Positions 61,142 through 64,000 of a stretch of 64,000 nucleotides of DNA are shown here, piece by piece. Every line of letters begins with the position of its first letter. Within the stretch, counting starts at the first letter, position 1. A program made the translations under genes and the position numbers. The notes beneath the pieces are model-generated. The model ran no database searches and was not told the DNA's origin. It saw only the letters and a program-made list of their open reading frames with translations. Origin of the DNA: Brevirhabdus sp. GTDB lineage: Bacteria; Pseudomonadota; Alphaproteobacteria; Rhodobacterales; Rhodobacteraceae. The stretch covers positions 21,351 through 85,350 of the forward strand of contig JAGXFH010000004.1 in assembly GCA_024637315.1 (NCBI GenBank), read 5' to 3'.

Positions 61142-61985
61142 GGCCATCGGCTTTCGGCGGGCGCGTCACCAACAGATCGCAGGGCGGGTCGCGCACCAGG
61201 CTGGCGGCGAAATTGCCCAGGATGAACGGCGCGAACCCGCTGCGCGCATGCGCGCCGATAGCCACAAGATCGGGTTTCATGCAGCGCAGTTGCTGCAGGA
61301 GAATCTCCCTCAACCCGCCTTCGATGATCTCGGGGCGTTCGATCTCTGCCGGCAACCCGCCCTTTGTCGCCCAAGCCTCCATCTCAGCGGTTGCCTCGCG
61401 CAGATTGGCGTCTTCAGCAGGTCCGCCCTGATCCGTGTGTGCGAAATGGGCAAACGGGACATGCAAGACGTAGAACGCAACGATTTGCGCCTGGGGTGAC
61501 AAGGCGCGGGCCTGATGCAGTGCCGCCGTGGCCGCGGGGGAAAAATCGACCGGTGCAAGCACGATCCGATAGTCATGATCTGCTGGATCACGCACAAGCA
61601 GAACCGGTAGATGAGTGGCGCGGACGAGCCGTTCCATCGTCGTGCTGCTTAAACGGTCAAGAATGCGGCGGTGCCGATGCAACCCGAGGATGATCAGATC
61701 GACGTCGGCTTCCCGCGCAATCGCGGCCAGATCGGTTGCGGGATCGCCAAGCACCGCCTGCACTTCGTAGGAGCACGGAAATTGTATCGCCAGATCAGCC
61801 GCATAGCGTTCCAGCCGGGTTTCTGCGTCTGCGCGCAAAGCCTCGGCCATGCCGACGGGCAGTTCGCTGTCGACAACGTTCAGGATCGTGAGTTTCGCAT
61901 CCTGCCGGCTCGCCAGCCGAAAGGCACGGCGAATGGCGCGGTCGGAACGCGGTGACAAGTCGGTGGCGCAAAGCATCTCTTTCAC
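61125..61985 (-). CDS. Tandem universal stress protein (two UspA domains)
   Basis: Two Usp-like halves, each ending in a G..G/HRH...S motif region (LIILGLHRHRRILDRLSSTTMERL and LVAIGAHARSGFAPFILGNFA). GTG start at 61985, or ATG at 61976. Confidence 0.8.
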   Translation of the reverse strand: MKEMLCATDLSPRSDRAIRRAFRLASRQDAKLTILNVVDSELPVGMAEALRADAETRLERYAADLAIQFPCSYEVQAVLGDPATDLAAIAREADVDLIILGLHRHRRILDRLSSTTMERLVRATHLPVLLVRDPADHDYRIVLAPVDFSPAATAALHQARALSPQAQIVAFYVLHVPFAHFAHTDQGGPAEDANLREATAEMEAWATKGGLPAEIERPEIIEGGLREILLQQLRCMKPDLVAIGAHARSGFAPFILGNFAASLVRDPPCDLLVTRPPKADGPTSSS

Positions 61986-62042
61986 CGGGGCTCTCCTGCT
62001 GTCGTAGCCTGCTGATCATGCATCAGAATGCTGGCGTTCAAT

Positions 62043-62056
62043 TTGATCCCGGTCAA
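62043..62056. promoter_or_regulatory. FNR/FixK-type box TTGATcccgGTCAA (TTGA-N6-TCAA)
   Basis: Read directly in the divergent usp/ABC intergenic region. The box centre is about 64 nt from the usp GTG start and 97 nt from the ABC ATPase ATG. Confidence 0.45.
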
Positions 62057-62146
62057 GGAACGCAGGACAGCATCCGCAGGCTGCAGCATCCGCCAGCGCG
62101 AAGCGCTTGCCCCTGTCCGGGCGGGCTGCTATCCCGCGAAAGTCCG

Positions 62147-63265
62147 ATGGTTTTCATCGGATTAGAGATCGAGGCAGGCTTGGGCGAGCAGACCCCACTG
62201 TTGGAAGTGCGACATGTCACGCGGCGGTTCGACGGCCGGGCGGTTGTTGATGATGTGTCGCTGAAGGTCTTGCCAGGGCAGGTGACATGCCTGCTGGGGC
62301 CGTCGGGTTGTGGAAAATCGACGACCTTGCGGATCATTGCCGGGGTTGACCGGCAGGATGAAGGCGAGGTTCTGGTCAGTGGCCGGATGATTTCCGACGC
62401 GGTGACCGACACGCCGCCGGAAGCGCGGTCGATCGGGCTGATGTTTCAGGATTTTGCACTTTTCCCGCATCTGACCGGTGCCGAGAATGTCGCGTTCGGT
62501 CTGACCGGCCCAAAGGCCGAGCAACGCGCGCGGGCTGCCGAATTGCTGGCGCGGGTGGATCTGGGACGCGCGATGGACGTTTATCCGCACCAGTTGTCGG
62601 GGGGTGAGCAACAGCGGGTGGCGCTGGTTCGCGCATTGGCGCCGCGACCCAAGATCATGTTGATGGACGAGCCGTTCTCCGGCCTGGATGAGCGGCTGAA
62701 GGACGAAATCCGCGACACCACACTTGCCGTTCTGAAGGACGAAGGGACCGCTGTCCTGCTGGTCACCCACGAGCCCGACGAAGCCATGCGCATGGCAGAC
62801 GAGATCGCCTTGATGCGCGACGGGCGCATCGTGCAGCAGGGTGCCCCTTATAACATCTATAACTGGCCGGTCGACAAGGCCTGCGCCGCATTTTTTAGTG
62901 ATATCAACGTTATACAAGGAACAGTTGAAGGTGCTCTGGTCAGCACCGCTTTCGGCGAGTTTCTGGCACCGGGACATCCGGATGGGGGAAAGATCGATAT
63001 CGTGATACGTCCGCAGCATCTGCGGATCGACTTCGACCGAGGCGGCAAGGGGCCGAATCCGACAGCGATCGACGGCGCCCCTGCGCGCGGCATCGTGGAA
63101 CGCGCGCGTTTCATTGGCCGAGAGAGCCTTGTCGAGTTCCGGATGGATTATGACGGGTCATTGCTGACCGCGACGGTGCCGTCTGTCTTCCTGCCAGCAC
63201 CGGGTACGCCGCTGTGGTTGATGATACGGCGCGAGCGGTGTTTTGTGTTCAAAAGCAAGGACTGA
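62147..63265 (+). CDS. ABC transporter ATP-binding protein (importer type with a C-terminal TOBE-like domain), no adjacent permease or binding protein
   Basis: Inner ATG 62147. Walker A GPSGCGKST, signature LSGGEQQRV, Walker B LMDEPFS, H-loop VTHE. A roughly 130-aa C-terminal regulatory-type domain. Confidence 0.88.
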   Translation: MVFIGLEIEAGLGEQTPLLEVRHVTRRFDGRAVVDDVSLKVLPGQVTCLLGPSGCGKSTTLRIIAGVDRQDEGEVLVSGRMISDAVTDTPPEARSIGLMFQDFALFPHLTGAENVAFGLTGPKAEQRARAAELLARVDLGRAMDVYPHQLSGGEQQRVALVRALAPRPKIMLMDEPFSGLDERLKDEIRDTTLAVLKDEGTAVLLVTHEPDEAMRMADEIALMRDGRIVQQGAPYNIYNWPVDKACAAFFSDINVIQGTVEGALVSTAFGEFLAPGHPDGGKIDIVIRPQHLRIDFDRGGKGPNPTAIDGAPARGIVERARFIGRESLVEFRMDYDGSLLTATVPSVFLPAPGTPLWLMIRRERCFVFKSKD

Positions 63266-63289
63266 AGGGCGATCTTGAGGGGCGGCCCG

Positions 63290-63937
63290 TCAGGGCTTTG
63301 ACCTCTCTAGATCGAAGTGCAACGAAAGCTCAGTGAGTGCGCTGATTTGATCGACCCGAAAGGTCCGAAAACCCTTTTGTTGCTCGCACCACGCGGTGCA
63401 GGTCCAGACGCGACCCCAGTATTCCAGCTTAAGCGGGCGGATCACATGGTCCGCTTCCCGGCCGACATTGTCGAAATACCGGATCCGCAGCTTGCGCCGT
63501 GTCCTAACGGCCTGGCGGATCGCCGGGATGTTGCGGATACCGGCGGCGGTATCGGCAAACGGAAACACCGCCAGGCCCCAGGCGGCGGATGGCGCAACCC
63601 GGTCTTCGGGCAGGGCCGCATCGACCTTGCCCGCAAGGCTGCGGGCAGCGCCCTGCAGGGCCGGATCGGCCGCTTCGGTCATCACCGCGATGCCCAGATG
63701 CAGGGCTTCCAGCTCTGCCATCGTAAGGTTCAGCGGCGGCAGTGTAACCGGTTCGGTCATGCGGTAACCGATGCCCCGCACGCCCTCGACCGGCACACCA
63801 GAGGCCAACAAAATGTCCATGTCTCGGTAGATCGTGCGCTGCGCGACGTCAAAGTGCGCCGCCAGATCCTCGGCGCGATGGGTCTGACCGTCGCGCAATG
63901 CGCCGATCAGAGCGATCAATCGATCCTTTCGTCGCAT
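63290..63937 (-). CDS. YafY-family transcriptional regulator (N-terminal HTH plus WYL domain)
   Basis: MRRKDRLIALIGALRDGQTHRAEDLAAHFDVAQRTIYRDMDIL (DeoR-type HTH). C-terminal R..IRY......R.I.P..L......W...AWC......RTFRVD.I pattern typical of the WYL domain. Confidence 0.8.
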   Translation of the reverse strand: MRRKDRLIALIGALRDGQTHRAEDLAAHFDVAQRTIYRDMDILLASGVPVEGVRGIGYRMTEPVTLPPLNLTMAELEALHLGIAVMTEAADPALQGAARSLAGKVDAALPEDRVAPSAAWGLAVFPFADTAAGIRNIPAIRQAVRTRRKLRIRYFDNVGREADHVIRPLKLEYWGRVWTCTAWCEQQKGFRTFRVDQISALTELSLHFDLERSKP

Positions 63938-63978
63938 GGCCCCGCATCCGTGATGATTCGCTGTAGCTGCATTATAAC

Positions 63979-64000
63979 AACTGACAAAAACCTGTCAGTT
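63979..64000. promoter_or_regulatory. Perfect 8-bp inverted repeat AACTGACA-aaaacc-TGTCAGTT at the window edge, upstream of the WYL regulator
   Basis: Read directly. Lies 42 nt upstream of the regulator ATG in an AT-rich stretch (cattataacaactgacaaaaacctgtcagtt). Truncated context. Confidence 0.35.

Noticed and set aside
62012-62026. CTGATcatgcATCAG as an FNR box
   Set aside because: The half-site spacing is N5 rather than N4 and the outer bases differ from TTGAT/ATCAA. The neighbouring TTGATcccgGTCAA is the better candidate.

Overview
High-GC, gene-dense chromosomal segment that looks alphaproteobacterial (Rhodobacterales-like gene content and order). I saw no rRNA, tRNA, CRISPR array, transposase or integrase. 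Left to right: kynU (partial) and an SDR, pntAB transhydrogenase, a YeeE/YedE sulfur-transport-like protein, an M20 amidohydrolase, an XRE regulator, moaA, an acyl-CoA synthetase, glmU-glmS, and a leucine/isovalerate catabolic (liu) cluster. A complete nuoA-N complex I locus (about 30.5-51.9 kb) follows, then birA, coaX, RNase J, rhlE, osmC, prfC, a Hint-domain protein, a tandem USP, an orphan ABC ATPase and a WYL/YafY-type regulator at the right edge. The most unusual feature is the nuo locus. It carries about 15 co-directional non-nuo ORFs, and many have start codons overlapping or abutting the neighbouring nuo stop codons. They include a sulfotransferase, a MAPEG protein, an AhpD/CMD-like protein, three small lipoproteins, several 1-2 TM miniproteins, and a paralogue of the NuoE C-terminal extension. 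I also found two candidate micro-ORFs below the ORF-track cutoff and a roughly 400 bp stretch whose coding signal switches frame. Other points of interest are the Hint/BIL-domain protein, a TTGAT-N4-GTCAA (FNR/FixK-type) box upstream of the USP gene, several perfect palindromes in intergenic regions, and a recurring intergenic element (GC hairpin followed by GGATATTT..GA.GAA.GA). Family names are from motif recognition by eye. DUF numbers are from memory and need HMM confirmation. ORF-track coordinates include the stop codon, and many track ORFs were trimmed to inner starts supported by an RBS, stop-codon coupling or a family-typical N-terminus.
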